DNA of 64,000 nt from Dimorphilus gyrociliatus (GCA_904063045.1 CAJFCJ010000002.1:2909891-2973890), one strand, 5' to 3'. Positions 45,806-57,577 are shown, numbered from the stretch's first letter. Program-made: numbers and translations. The notes: a model not told the origin generated them from the sequence alone.

Positions 45806-47302
45806 ATGGATGGTGTAATGTCCTCGGAGGTTGATCAACTTTGTGGTATTTGCAAACTTCCATGGAATGATCGCAATCCTCGAGTTTTACCCTGCGACAG
45901 GAGACATATTTTCTGTTCTAACTGCTTAGATGAGTTGATAAAAAAGTTCTGCCTTAAAGTTGGTGATTATCTTATCTGTCCGAATTGTGGAACAAAGCAT
46001 ATGCTCACCGAAAAGAAGACTGAAGAATTTATACGTCTTTGCCCTTTTAGGGGATTTCTAGGTAAAATGGATAATGTATCCTTAAAATTTCGAGAGTTTT
46101 TGAACAACTACGAGTCAAGATTATTAAGCATTCATCATTCTTTGGAAGATGCTGAACAGAGGCAATTAAGTCTATTGAATAAGGAAATAAATAAAGTGCA
46201 ACTTTTTCTAGATTCAGAAAAATTTACGCTAACCAAAGAAATAGAAACATTTAAAAAAGGAAAACAATTGATAGCGAAGGAAATGTTGGATAAAATCAAA
46301 ACGTTAGAGAATATGAAAGCTTATGAATTTAATATTTCTGATTTTGAAAACATAATTTTTGATCTGGAATGTAAATTTAATAGAATCGATAATGTACAAA
46401 TTCGATTTAAAACGTCACCAATTCTCGATCTATGTCGATTTGGGCAAATAATATTTGAAGATGATGGATTAGTTACACCTATATTATCTTTAACACGCGT
46501 TTTCACTTTCGAAGGGAGTTTTCAAGATTCTTACGCAACTAGTAGCGGATTCTACATTCTTACTAAGAATTTAACGGATGAATTTTCATATTATTTTAAT
46601 CTTTATAAAGTTGATAAGGAAAAAAGCTTTTCATGTGTCTGTAGCTGGAAGAGAAGAGAGAATATGTCCTACAGAATGTCCGTAAAATCATCTGTATTTT
46701 TACTACAGATGACTAATGAGGGAGAAATCAGTAGATTTAATGAAACAGACACTCAAGTAAAAATAGTACCTGTCGACTGTATGAATTGTCCTGCAGGATA
46801 TTGGAAGAGTATATGGTGTTTAGAGAAAGCCAATATATTCTTCAACAAATCAGCTATGGAGATATACATTAATCCAGTACTGGCAGTCAGGTTTGCTAAA
46901 GTTAATCTACCAAATGAGACAGATATTTTGGATTTAAAGTATATAAAGCCTCGCATATTTATTTTGACAGAAGACTCTCTTGTCTATACGCTCAATCTTA
47001 TGCAATTTCCATTAGCTTTCGATTTCGTTCACATAAAAGAACAAGTTAAATATAATATAAACTACGTAGATATTGCTAGAATGTTGGCAAAAGGTTACAC
47101 GCTTTTAAGTAACCAGGACAAGATATTCTGTATCAATACAGAACAATGTAAAGGAACGTCGTATAGTCTTAAAGAAACATTCGGGGATTGTAAGAAATTG
47201 GAATATTATTTATCATGGCAGGAAGTGCGATTATATTTAGTGAATAAGTCAAATAAAGTTATTGTTAAATGCTTTCATCGATTTTCAGATGTTAATAAAT
47301 GA
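45806..47302 (+). CDS. RING-HC + coiled-coil + beta-rich protein 2
   Basis: CGIC..PRVLPCDRRHIFCSNC..CPNC; same architecture as 43718-45313. Confidence 0.8.
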   Translation: MDGVMSSEVDQLCGICKLPWNDRNPRVLPCDRRHIFCSNCLDELIKKFCLKVGDYLICPNCGTKHMLTEKKTEEFIRLCPFRGFLGKMDNVSLKFREFLNNYESRLLSIHHSLEDAEQRQLSLLNKEINKVQLFLDSEKFTLTKEIETFKKGKQLIAKEMLDKIKTLENMKAYEFNISDFENIIFDLECKFNRIDNVQIRFKTSPILDLCRFGQIIFEDDGLVTPILSLTRVFTFEGSFQDSYATSSGFYILTKNLTDEFSYYFNLYKVDKEKSFSCVCSWKRRENMSYRMSVKSSVFLLQMTNEGEISRFNETDTQVKIVPVDCMNCPAGYWKSIWCLEKANIFFNKSAMEIYINPVLAVRFAKVNLPNETDILDLKYIKPRIFILTEDSLVYTLNLMQFPLAFDFVHIKEQVKYNINYVDIARMLAKGYTLLSNQDKIFCINTEQCKGTSYSLKETFGDCKKLEYYLSWQEVRLYLVNKSNKVIVKCFHRFSDVNK

Positions 47303-47979
47303 ATTAAAAATCCTTTAAATCAAGTTAAATAAATAATTTCGTTATAATACAAAACTAACAAAAAAATTTTATTAAAAATTGAGTACGATCCTATTACTTA
47401 AAAAAAAAAGCTAATAGAGACTAAAAGCGCCATCTTCCTTTGTTTTATAACATATTTGTACCTTCTACCGGTTTCTACTACTAAGAACATTCTCAAGATC
47501 AGACATTACATGGTCACGGGGAAAATTTGACATATTTCAAAAAGGACGTTCAGCTATCGAATTAACTTCAAAGTATTTCAATAATAACCAGGAAATTCTA
47601 TTCATAAAAGTAAGTTTATTATCAAATTTGGAACATTCTTGCAATAAAAAGTTAGATAATATAAATTAAAAGTATTAATTTTTTATTGCAATGAGTAATT
47701 AATCATGGAAACTGAAGTTTTTGTCAAAGCTAAATTGAGTAAGAATTAGATAAAAAGTATTAATTCATTATTACAAATATAAATATACTGTATATTATCT
47801 ATTGACATATATTATAACTATTAGACCTTGATTACCATATTTTTCAAGGTGAAGGAACTTATTTTTGGAAAGTTTTTTTGACAAAATTTTACTAGAGTAG
47901 AACTCTATAAAGTCATTTCTTTTACTTCTCTTTTCCTCAGGCAAATGTTTTATTGTTACATATATTTTCGATAGGGAAT

Positions 47980-49224
47980 ATGGCAGAGTTTAGCAGAACT
48001 TTTGAAGAACTTCACGAAGTTAACGTCTTCTTCAATGAAAATGATGTATTGTGTGGTATATGTAGAGCCCCATGGATTACCAAATATCCTCGATGTCTTC
48101 CTTGCGAAACTTCACACATATTCTGTTCAAAATGCTTGGATAGATTGATAAATGCCAGCTTACTAAAAGGATATTTATTATGTCCGATATGTCGAAAAGA
48201 GTATCCTCTGACCGATAAAGGAGTGAAAGCATTTTCCCTTCTATCACCCTTCGTCAACTGCTCACTTGCTAGTGGTCGTGATTATCAGCCATTGTACAAA
48301 AGCAATATAGAGATTTGTGACGATAATCCAATTAGTCAAATTCCGTCGGTTTCGGATGACTTCTCAATTCGTGATGATACATTCCAGAGATTTAGAAGTC
48401 AGGCTTCTATAAAATTTTTACGATTCGAAAGCAGAGTGAATCACATGTATTGTTTAAATGGGATTCCTTATTGCCTAACTGAAGCTAGAAAGGCTGGACG
48501 ATTCAAATATACAATTCTTCGACTTTTAAACGATAATCGTGCCGCGGAGAAGGTCGCTTCTTGGACATCAGCTACTGCTTGCCAACGCATTGCTCCAAAC
48601 AAAGATATCTACCTTTTAACTGGATTTGGCTCACGAAGAAGGATAAAGCGTTTAAAGTTAAAAGAAGAGGGGGGTGACAGAAGTAATTCAGACAACAGTT
48701 CATTGGAATTAAAAGACGTGGAGACTATATGTCCTCGTTTGTCACATCTTACCCCGTGCGCTGATGGTTTTGTTCTTATTCATGATAAGTATTTGGAATT
48801 TTATACGATACGACCATTGCGCCTTTCAAGAAAAATCCCATTACCTACATTAAGAAGAGTGGTAACTGTAAAATATGCCAAATCACAAGTGTTTGTTCTA
48901 TTTGATAGAGGTCAACTTTTCTCAATCGATATTAAAACGAAACCATCCGAATTTCAACCTGTGAACCTTACCTTTTTAGAGAATGTCACACATTTCCAAA
49001 ATGAAGTTTTCAACAGTATGAAACACGGTAAAATACTGATGACTGATAGAAAGTGGATATTCGTCATAACTCTAGAAACAAAGACAGCTGTATGCTTGCC
49101 TCATCAGCCAATTTTTGGTAGTTTTACACTACTGGAATACTTTATAACTAAGAATGAAATTGTCTTTTATGTGGTTGCAAAGGAAGGTTTAATAGCCATA
49201 AGATATTTTGATTTTACACAGTAA
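47980..49224 (+). CDS. RING-HC + beta-rich protein 3 (coiled coil absent)
   Basis: CGIC..PRCLPCETSHIFCSKC..CPIC followed after a short linker by the family C-terminal domain (NKDIYLL, LEFYTIRPL, LLEYFITKNEIVFYVV). First ATG at 47980. Confidence 0.8.
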   Translation: MAEFSRTFEELHEVNVFFNENDVLCGICRAPWITKYPRCLPCETSHIFCSKCLDRLINASLLKGYLLCPICRKEYPLTDKGVKAFSLLSPFVNCSLASGRDYQPLYKSNIEICDDNPISQIPSVSDDFSIRDDTFQRFRSQASIKFLRFESRVNHMYCLNGIPYCLTEARKAGRFKYTILRLLNDNRAAEKVASWTSATACQRIAPNKDIYLLTGFGSRRRIKRLKLKEEGGDRSNSDNSSLELKDVETICPRLSHLTPCADGFVLIHDKYLEFYTIRPLRLSRKIPLPTLRRVVTVKYAKSQVFVLFDRGQLFSIDIKTKPSEFQPVNLTFLENVTHFQNEVFNSMKHGKILMTDRKWIFVITLETKTAVCLPHQPIFGSFTLLEYFITKNEIVFYVVAKEGLIAIRYFDFTQ

Positions 49225-49856
49225 TTTAAGAAGGAAAAAAGCTATTTGTCATTTATAACTTTAAGATACTTTATACGATTTTTTTTTCAACAAACTGAAA
49301 TAATCTTCATTTAAATCCTAATCTGCAGCATAAATCTTATTAAAAGAAAAGTTATTATTTTTATCAATCTACTTTAAAAGTAAATGCATATATATACATG
49401 AAAACTTTTCAATTATGTATAATGAATAGTGGCTTCTATCATCTTCTAAAATGAGTTAAAATTTATTTCCATAATTTCCTTTGAAATTCAATAAATTTTT
49501 ATATTTTTTAAATGAAAACTTTGCATTTGAATACAAGTCAACTTTGTATGATAAAAAAATAGAAGAGCATTAACACTTTTGCTAAAACAATCTTATTGGC
49601 GCCATCTTGAACTGTATTGAGAATACTCACCAATTGTAGACCAATTATGTCAGTAGTGTCCTGAGTTTGAATACTTTTTTATCGTTCCAATTACAAAATT
49701 AATCCTGATTAACGAATTGTTCTAAGGTAAGACACCCATTATAAGGAATATAATGGATATAGATTAGCGCTCCTAGCGTTGGAATTAGAATTCTTTATTG
49801 ACTTCATTCACGACAGGTTCATCGGTCGAAAAGCTAACGAGTGAAAAGAGGGAAAA

Positions 49857-51467
49857 ATGAGTAACGACAGCCGCAGAAGCGAGAATGAAATGGATATAAG
49901 CTTTCACGTTGCCGATGACCAATTCGTTTGCAGCTTATGTTCCGATTCTTGGTTGAATAATATTCCACGATGTCTACCTTGCGAAAATAATCACATCTTC
50001 TGCTCTGATTGTCTATTGGAATTTGCAAACTCAAATAATATAAAGAATGGCGATAATTTCTTTTGTCCAGTATGCAATGAAAAACATACTTGGCCGGAAG
50101 ATGGTGTTGAAGCTTTCGGAATTGTAAATAACGATACGAAAAATTCACAGAGCGAGTCGGATTCGTCTTTTATGCAGGATTCGTTAAAGTGCGATACAGT
50201 AGAGGTTTTGGGTAAATCTTTTTCGTTGAGATCCAGTCATAAAGATTCCAGATCGTTTCGAGAGAGAATCTTAGCAGCTTTAGAAAAGCTTCAGGAAGAA
50301 AGGGAGAAAGAATATAAAGAATTAGAAAATGAAAGTAAAAATTTGCATCTATTGATAAATAGTAAACAGCAAAGTTTGCAGAGCATCATTAATAGATTTT
50401 ATATGAATAAGGAGGATAAGCTTAGGCATTTACTGCAACAATTCTCGGATGATGATGATCAAGAAGTCGAAGAAGAGATAGCCGACACCGAAATAGAACA
50501 TAAAAGAGATTTAATAAATAGGATGAAAACTGTATTTAGAAGTACAATTAAATTTTCAAGACCTAATCTTATCGACAATTTCAATATGGGCGAAGTTTTT
50601 TTAATAAACAACGAAGATGGCGAAAGTGATGATTGTCTTTTTCAATCAACAAGTGAAATTCTAACTATTACGTCATCAAAGCAAGCATTTTACGTTTTAA
50701 CAGAACAAAGCCTACAAAATACGTTCATTTATAGAATTTTTATGTTACCTATCGCAGGAAGTAAATTTGTTTTAATAAAATCTTGGACAAGCGATGAGAA
50801 ATTTCATTACAAAATGGCAGCTAATAAAGATTTATACCTACTAGAAGTTGGATCATCAGCTGGCCTGATGAGATTAAGAGTTAATGGTAATAAGGATTTA
50901 TGTCCGGAAACAGAATTCGAAAGATTTAAGATTACTGTTCACAAGCCTTCTCCTCTATTAAGGAAGATCTATTCGAAGACGTATTCAACAAACCTTGCCT
51001 GTTCAGATACAACATTGGTTTTAGTAAATAGCAACGGTGTTCTTGAAAAATATTCAACTGAACCATTGGAGAAAATTAGAAGTATGAGACTACCTGCCAA
51101 AAGTGCCGTCGCTGATATACGATGCTCTAATCTTTATATCATAGTATTATTTCAAGGTGGTAGTGTATGTTACACATATATAAACTCTTTGAAAACTAAT
51201 TTCGAATATCTAAGAAAAATGAATCTTTCAAGTATATTCGATATAGAAGGATTTATCATTCCACCACTAAAAGATGATGGCTTTATTATGTCGGACAAAT
51301 CAAATGTTTACAATGTAAATCCATCAAAGTCAATGGTTGAATATTGTTCATTCACCAGAGTTTTTAAGGACGTCATGAGATTTGATTATAATGTAACAGA
51401 AAATCATATTTTTCTATATACAATAACAGACTCAAATGCCGTTATCGTAAATCGTTTTAAATTGTAA
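49857..51467 (+). CDS. RING-HC + coiled-coil + beta-rich protein 4
   Basis: CSLC..PRCLPCENNHIFCSDC..CPVC; NKDLYLLE, LEKYSTEPL, DIRCS. Confidence 0.8.
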   Translation: MSNDSRRSENEMDISFHVADDQFVCSLCSDSWLNNIPRCLPCENNHIFCSDCLLEFANSNNIKNGDNFFCPVCNEKHTWPEDGVEAFGIVNNDTKNSQSESDSSFMQDSLKCDTVEVLGKSFSLRSSHKDSRSFRERILAALEKLQEEREKEYKELENESKNLHLLINSKQQSLQSIINRFYMNKEDKLRHLLQQFSDDDDQEVEEEIADTEIEHKRDLINRMKTVFRSTIKFSRPNLIDNFNMGEVFLINNEDGESDDCLFQSTSEILTITSSKQAFYVLTEQSLQNTFIYRIFMLPIAGSKFVLIKSWTSDEKFHYKMAANKDLYLLEVGSSAGLMRLRVNGNKDLCPETEFERFKITVHKPSPLLRKIYSKTYSTNLACSDTTLVLVNSNGVLEKYSTEPLEKIRSMRLPAKSAVADIRCSNLYIIVLFQGGSVCYTYINSLKTNFEYLRKMNLSSIFDIEGFIIPPLKDDGFIMSDKSNVYNVNPSKSMVEYCSFTRVFKDVMRFDYNVTENHIFLYTITDSNAVIVNRFKL

Positions 51468-52820
51468 CAATACTATTAAAGCTAAAACGAAAGAGTAACA
51501 GTTTTGTAGATTCGATTTTACTATTAAAAGTAATTATAATATTTAAATATTCATTTCCAAGTATTCAGCTGGAAAAAAAAAACTTTTTACTGATTTCTTC
51601 TATCTATTACTCTCCATCTTAGTATTTGAGTTCACAGTGAATAAAACGAACTCTATTTCATTTTTTTTATACTTTGCTCTACTTCCGATATTTTATTCAA
51701 CCAGTGTCAGTTTAAAGGAAGATAAATAGATTTAAAAAGGAAGGAATACAGTTTTCATGGCTTTTTGTTTAAAATCTTTGTTATCATATTATTCAAAAAG
51801 AAATACAAATATCTATATAAGACGTATTTCGAAGAATACTAAAATTCTGCGTCTAAATATCCTTTTCCTCGTCTCTCGTCTCCATCACTCTGTCAGCAGA
51901 TAGTCGGAAACTTTTAATCAAATTTAGTTTTCTAGATTATTATATACGCTGTTCTCTCATTCTCCTCGTTTCCCCATTCCTTTAGCTATCTCTTTTATAT
52001 ATCTTTCTCCCTTTGTGTTCCCTGTCTATGATCTGGAACAAATTTTCATTGTTTCCCTATTTTATTATATCTCTATCTAAAATTGTAATTCTCTTTTAGT
52101 TCTATTGAACGTAATATTTTTAGAAAAAGAGAAAAAAACCTCTATTTTAAATTTAATCTACCTTTTCCTGGAAATAAATTAAGAATATAAAATTAGCTTA
52201 ATAACGCCATTTTCCTTTCATTTAGACTATAAAAGTATACTTGTCTTTCGAAGTGTTCACATAGCAACTTTTTTAATGAGGCTATAATAATATTTTCTCT
52301 TTGTTACAATTACAATGATAGCTGATAAACTCCGTGACCGCTTGAATATAGTTTTTACACAATACGTATTGGAGTTAATGTACCAGTGGAAAAAATTTCT
52401 TAAAGTATAATAGACAATCCCTTAAGATGAAATATACATTCAAGTTGAAAAAAGATAATATCATAACGAAAAAGTGTGTAGTTTGTTTAGAGTAAATGAA
52501 TACGATATTATCAGTTATTAAAGAGTGCATAGTGTAAGAAAAGCGTTTAAACAATCTAACACAATCGTGATTTATCTATAATTATTGCTGGATAATTTTC
52601 TTGTAAGGAAAGACTTCTTTTTTTATCTGGTTCTTTGAAAAATAAATATAACACTTTCGTCGGATAGAATATAACTATCGAGTCACGTGATCAAATCCAA
52701 TATTGCACTTATTGTTTTTATGTTATCAGCGTTGGCACTGCTCAATACAAGTAATATAGTATTGAAATTTCTAAATTGCAATAATTTTAACAAATTTTTC
52801 TTTTTAACTAATTTATACAA

Positions 52821-53588
52821 ATGAATTACGAAGGCAGTATGTTTGAGAACAGAATCAATATTACGTTCACAGAAGGACAGCTATTATGCGCAATTTGTAC
52901 AAGACCCTGGCTAAACAACTCTCCGAGATGTTTGCCATGCGAAATAAGCCATATATTCTGTTCGGAATGCATAGAAGAGTATGGAAGAATCAATCTATTG
53001 GAAGAAGGAAGTACTTTCTCATGTCCAGTTTGTCGAGCTAAACACTATTGGCCAAGAAAAGGTGTACAGTCCTTTATTCTTTTGACTCCATTTGTTGATT
53101 GTTGTACTACATCTTTCGCAAATGAAGAATCCGAATCGACTAGTCATTTTCAGCAAAAAACTGCTCATAAAACAAAGTCAAATACTAATGAAAAAGATAT
53201 ACAAGATATACAAGAATTAAGGATAAAAATAAGCAAGACTTTAGAACAATTAGAAAAAAGGAGGGACATAGAATGGAAGCTTTTAGATGATGAAATAAAA
53301 AATATCACTCAATTAATAGAACAGAGAAGATTAATCCTTCGAGATCAATTAAATATATTCTATAAAGAAAAGGAATCAAAGTTAAGAGACTTATTGAACG
53401 ACGCTAAAATTTTGCAATCATTTAGAATAACAGCAAGTGATAGATTTAAAAAATGCTACGAAGAAATGAGACAAAGACTCTTTAAAGAAACTATTGAAAT
53501 ATTTAATAGCTATGCCGTCTTTAGTAAATCTTATGATAAAAGTGCATTAAATTTAGGCGAAATTATTAAAAATTCAATGGATATTTAG
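52821..53588 (+). CDS. RING-HC + coiled-coil protein 5 (C-terminal domain absent)
   Basis: CAIC..PRCLPCEISHIFCSEC..CPVC plus coiled coil. Stops just after LNLGEI, the motif that precedes the beta-rich domain in paralogs. Confidence 0.72.
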   Translation: MNYEGSMFENRINITFTEGQLLCAICTRPWLNNSPRCLPCEISHIFCSECIEEYGRINLLEEGSTFSCPVCRAKHYWPRKGVQSFILLTPFVDCCTTSFANEESESTSHFQQKTAHKTKSNTNEKDIQDIQELRIKISKTLEQLEKRRDIEWKLLDDEIKNITQLIEQRRLILRDQLNIFYKEKESKLRDLLNDAKILQSFRITASDRFKKCYEEMRQRLFKETIEIFNSYAVFSKSYDKSALNLGEIIKNSMDI

Positions 53589-54136
53589 CCATAAAAACAC
53601 GCACAACGGTATTAAAATTTAAAATTAAAGAATGAAGAAAAAATGGCTCCGTTTCCAATTGAATTTTAATAAAGACATGTGGTAAACTGTTAAAACTATA
53701 TTTCTTTTAAAAGCATACTTTTATATGATTTTATTATCGTATGTAGTACTGAAAGAAGTCTTTTTAATTATATGCAACCAACTATACTTGTGGAATAAAA
53801 TTCAATGAATAGAATGTTTCGTTTGCTCTTTTTTTCTTCTATGGAACGCTCTACAACAGGAAGTTGGAAGTAAAGCGCACCCTAGTATTCATTTATTGTA
53901 AGGTTTCAGAGCTAAAAATTCTCTAATCATTATAATAATTAACTGTATACTCTTTCATCAAATAATTTATTTGAGAAGATAGAAGAGAGAGAGACAGACA
54001 GACGGACGGAGAGTGAGAGAGAGTCAAGTGGAAACTGAAAATTCGGTAAGTAAAGATAACAATAGTTGCATACATTTACTTTACTTTATTTTTATAGTAC
54101 TTTAGTTCTCCCTAAAAGAAAGGTAAAACAACGGAA

Positions 54137-55000
54137 ATGAACGAGAATAATACGGATAAAAATCAATCAGAAAGTCCTCATGACGATTGCACAATAGCAC
54201 CTATCATTTTACGTAAAGAACACAACATAGTAAAACACTGTTTGGCTGATTGTACAATCATTTCAACGGTTTCTTCTGTATGTAACATCTACTTTTGGAT
54301 TGTTAAAAATAATAGAAATTCAATTGTTGAAGTTCAATGTAATTCGTCTTATGGATATCATTTATATCATGATAATGAAATTTCAATTATTGATATATCC
54401 GTTGATAAAGATTTATACGTTTTGGAAAGACTTTTGGATCATACGAATATTAGACGATTGGAATGTGTTCAGGCTAATTATCAACTAAGCTTTATTGGAA
54501 AAGTTGAAGCTAATAATCCAGTATCTTTTACATGTATCAATGATGGATTCTTGATACTATGCAATCGAACTATTTATAAATTCTCCCGTAATCCCTTTGA
54601 GAAACTCTGGTTAACGCAATTACCTTTCGAAGGCAATGTTACAAGCTTGAAATGTGAAAAGTTTAACTTATTCGTTCTTTGCGAAGATGGTCATATTTTT
54701 TACGCAAACATTCTTACTCCAAACGAAAATTTTTTTCAAATATCACTTAATTTCTCACCGTTTTTCTATCCAAACTCCTCTAATCCCACACTTCCCCTAC
54801 TTGACTCGAAAGAGTTTATTTATAATCAAAGCGTTATTTATGTTATAGATCCAGATAGGCAAGAAGCGGATTGCTATAGTGTGTTGAAACTTTATAAATC
54901 ATTTAAGATATTTGGATGTGCCAGATTTGAGAGAATTTCTTTGTTCTACATTGTTCAAGAAGATGATGATATACGAACAATTTTAACCGTGTCTTATTAA
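54137..55000 (+). CDS. Stand-alone beta-rich (propeller-like) domain protein 6 of the same family (no RING or coiled coil)
   Basis: DKDLYVLE, KFSRNPF..LP, SLKCEKFNLFVLCEDGHIF, IYVIDP, ISLFYIV align by eye to the paralog C-termini. Own 5'UTR intron at 54046-54097. Confidence 0.7.
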   Translation: MNENNTDKNQSESPHDDCTIAPIILRKEHNIVKHCLADCTIISTVSSVCNIYFWIVKNNRNSIVEVQCNSSYGYHLYHDNEISIIDISVDKDLYVLERLLDHTNIRRLECVQANYQLSFIGKVEANNPVSFTCINDGFLILCNRTIYKFSRNPFEKLWLTQLPFEGNVTSLKCEKFNLFVLCEDGHIFYANILTPNENFFQISLNFSPFFYPNSSNPTLPLLDSKEFIYNQSVIYVIDPDRQEADCYSVLKLYKSFKIFGCARFERISLFYIVQEDDDIRTILTVSY

Positions 55001-55335
55001 CTATCTCCGCCTTACTCTTCGTGATGTTTTGTTATGGGTGTATAATCTTTAAAAATATGTTTACATATATACTGTATATATACAGTGCATAAAAGTAGCC
55101 TTGTACTAGTTTGCTACTGCTTTATTTATATAAATTAGTTCATTATGTGGTGAGTGGCTTAAATATAAAGTAAGTAAAGTTTGAGGACTATATTTTCAAA
55201 TTTTGGCGGTTTTAAAACAAAATATTCAACTAACTAACTATTAGCGTCATCTATATAATTACCTACTTAAAATTGTTTTATTCTTCACACCTCTTTTAGA
55301 TTACTCAGTCCGACTTCCTTTCGAAATATTTTCTA

Positions 55336-56889
55336 ATGGCTTCCCAGAGAATAGAGGAAGAAGTTAATGTTAAATTTCAAGTTCAACAGGTTAAATGTCC
55401 AATATGCAGATCTGCGTGGCTAGATAGACAACCTAGATGTTTACCTTGTAAAGTTATGCACATATTTTGTTCAGAATGCCTGGAGGAAGTCGGACACCAA
55501 TACGAATTAAAATTCGGTGATAAATTTCCTTGTCCAATTTGCAGAAAGGAGCATACTTGGCCGGAAGATGGGGTAAACTCTTTTTCTGTTCTCACTCCTT
55601 TCGTTCAATGTAAAACTGTTTACGATAACAAGAAAGAAGGACCGAGTTTAATAGAATTGAATACTAGCAGTACTGCAGAAAACGATTATAAACATCTGGA
55701 AAAACAGATTTTAGCTGAATTGGAAGAATTAGATAAAGATAGAAAGAGAGAATTCGATTCATTAAATAATCAAACGAAAAACCTATCAATATTAATTCAA
55801 AGTAGAAAAGATTATCTTCAAAATGAGTTAGATGATTTTTTTACAAATAAGGAAACGAAACTTAAGAGTTTATTAAAGGATATTAGTAATTTTGAAATGT
55901 TTCAATATCAAGCGGGTAAAATGTTTGAAAGTAACCTAAAGGAAATGAAATCAAAGCTATTGAAAGAGATAAAGAGAATTTTAAAGAGTAAGGCTCAATT
56001 TCAAAAATGGGATCACTTAAATTTTAAATTAGGTGAAATAGTTTACAATAAGGAAGAAGTTATTAGTCTAGAGGATACATTTAATATCGAGGGAAATATT
56101 TATAGAATAGCTTGCGGAGATAAATCTTTGTATATATTAACAAAGGACAATTCAAAGGGTTATAACATATATACAATTCTCTCTTTGGGACAAGATCAAA
56201 AATCGATTAATAAGTTGTATACATGGAAAACTAACAGTAACGAAAATTATAGAATGTCGGCTAATAAGGAACTATATCTGGTAGAGATTGAACCTTCATA
56301 CGCACTGTTACGTTTAACAACGCATGGAGATAGTTTCAAATTAAAGGCTCTCCATAAACTTATCCAAAAAAATGGTGGCTTTTCCGATCCGTATTGGACA
56401 AATATCGCTTCTACTGAGGATGGTATTATAGTTGTTAGTGCTAATTGGATTGAAAAATACTCAATACAGCCTCTCAAGAGAGTTTGGTCAATGTCTGCTC
56501 CCACTGAATTTGCAGTCAATGATCTCAGGTGCGACGAAGAACATTTATATATTCTATTTTCCAATTCGACGATATATCGCATAAATCTCAACAATAAGAA
56601 CGTTGATACTCTTCCTATCGAAAATATTGATAGAGATTTGCTATTTAATGATGATATCATTAATAATTTGGTAAGGGGAGGTTGTCTCCTCTCAAACAAA
56701 AGAAATATTTACGTCATCGACGCCTCGAAGAGAGTAGTTTATTGTCATAAGTTAATTAAAGTTTTCGGAAGTTGTGCTTTAATGGATTATCGCCTAGACG
56801 AAGAAAATATCGTTTTTTATACAGTTGATAAATCCAATATTTTAACAGTAAAGCAATTTAATAGACAAAGTGTCAAGAGGGACGAGTAG
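55336..56889 (+). CDS. RING-HC + coiled-coil + beta-rich protein 7
   Basis: CPIC..PRCLPCKVMHIFCSEC..CPIC; NKELYLVE, IEKYSIQPL, NDLRCD, MDYRLDEENIVFY. Confidence 0.8.
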   Translation: MASQRIEEEVNVKFQVQQVKCPICRSAWLDRQPRCLPCKVMHIFCSECLEEVGHQYELKFGDKFPCPICRKEHTWPEDGVNSFSVLTPFVQCKTVYDNKKEGPSLIELNTSSTAENDYKHLEKQILAELEELDKDRKREFDSLNNQTKNLSILIQSRKDYLQNELDDFFTNKETKLKSLLKDISNFEMFQYQAGKMFESNLKEMKSKLLKEIKRILKSKAQFQKWDHLNFKLGEIVYNKEEVISLEDTFNIEGNIYRIACGDKSLYILTKDNSKGYNIYTILSLGQDQKSINKLYTWKTNSNENYRMSANKELYLVEIEPSYALLRLTTHGDSFKLKALHKLIQKNGGFSDPYWTNIASTEDGIIVVSANWIEKYSIQPLKRVWSMSAPTEFAVNDLRCDEEHLYILFSNSTIYRINLNNKNVDTLPIENIDRDLLFNDDIINNLVRGGCLLSNKRNIYVIDASKRVVYCHKLIKVFGSCALMDYRLDEENIVFYTVDKSNILTVKQFNRQSVKRDE

Positions 56890-57577
56890 AGTTAGAGGTG
56901 GATACTCAATCTCCTTTTTTCTTTCTGAAAAAAAAAATTTCAGTTTTTTAGCACTCAAAGATTTCACTTTTGAGCGACAATCGGATGTTTTTTTTTTCTT
57001 TTTTTATTTACAAAGTTTATTCTACTTTTAGACAATTTTTTTCGATCACAGTTATCTTTATTTTAGAAATTTGGATATTTTTTTTAAAATACATGACTTA
57101 GCATTTAAAAAGATCTTATTCGTTATATATTTATGCAATATGGCGTACAGAAGACAAAGACAGTAAACAATGAGTACTTTTATATTACAATTGAGTAACA
57201 ATATTAAGAATAATAGCTGTAAAGTATCTATTGAAAATACGCCATCTACTGTCTGAAAATGGAAAGAATAATTACCTTTTATATCATAAACCAATGGTAA
57301 ATAATTAGTAGAATAACAGAAATATATTATTTAATATAGGTCAAATTTGAAGAAAAGATTGAAAGACATTTTTGATTATATTAGAAAAGCAGATGGGAAT
57401 AAAGTTGTAAACCATCCAGTAATTGATAAGAATAGAGAAGAGAGAAAGAGAGAGAAAGATTAATATCTAACCCAATAAAGAAGATATATTTTAAGTAATA
57501 TATTTAATTATACAATTTGAAAAGGATAAGGAAACGAAGGAAAATACGAATGAATTGAAGCGTTAAACTCTTATGCG

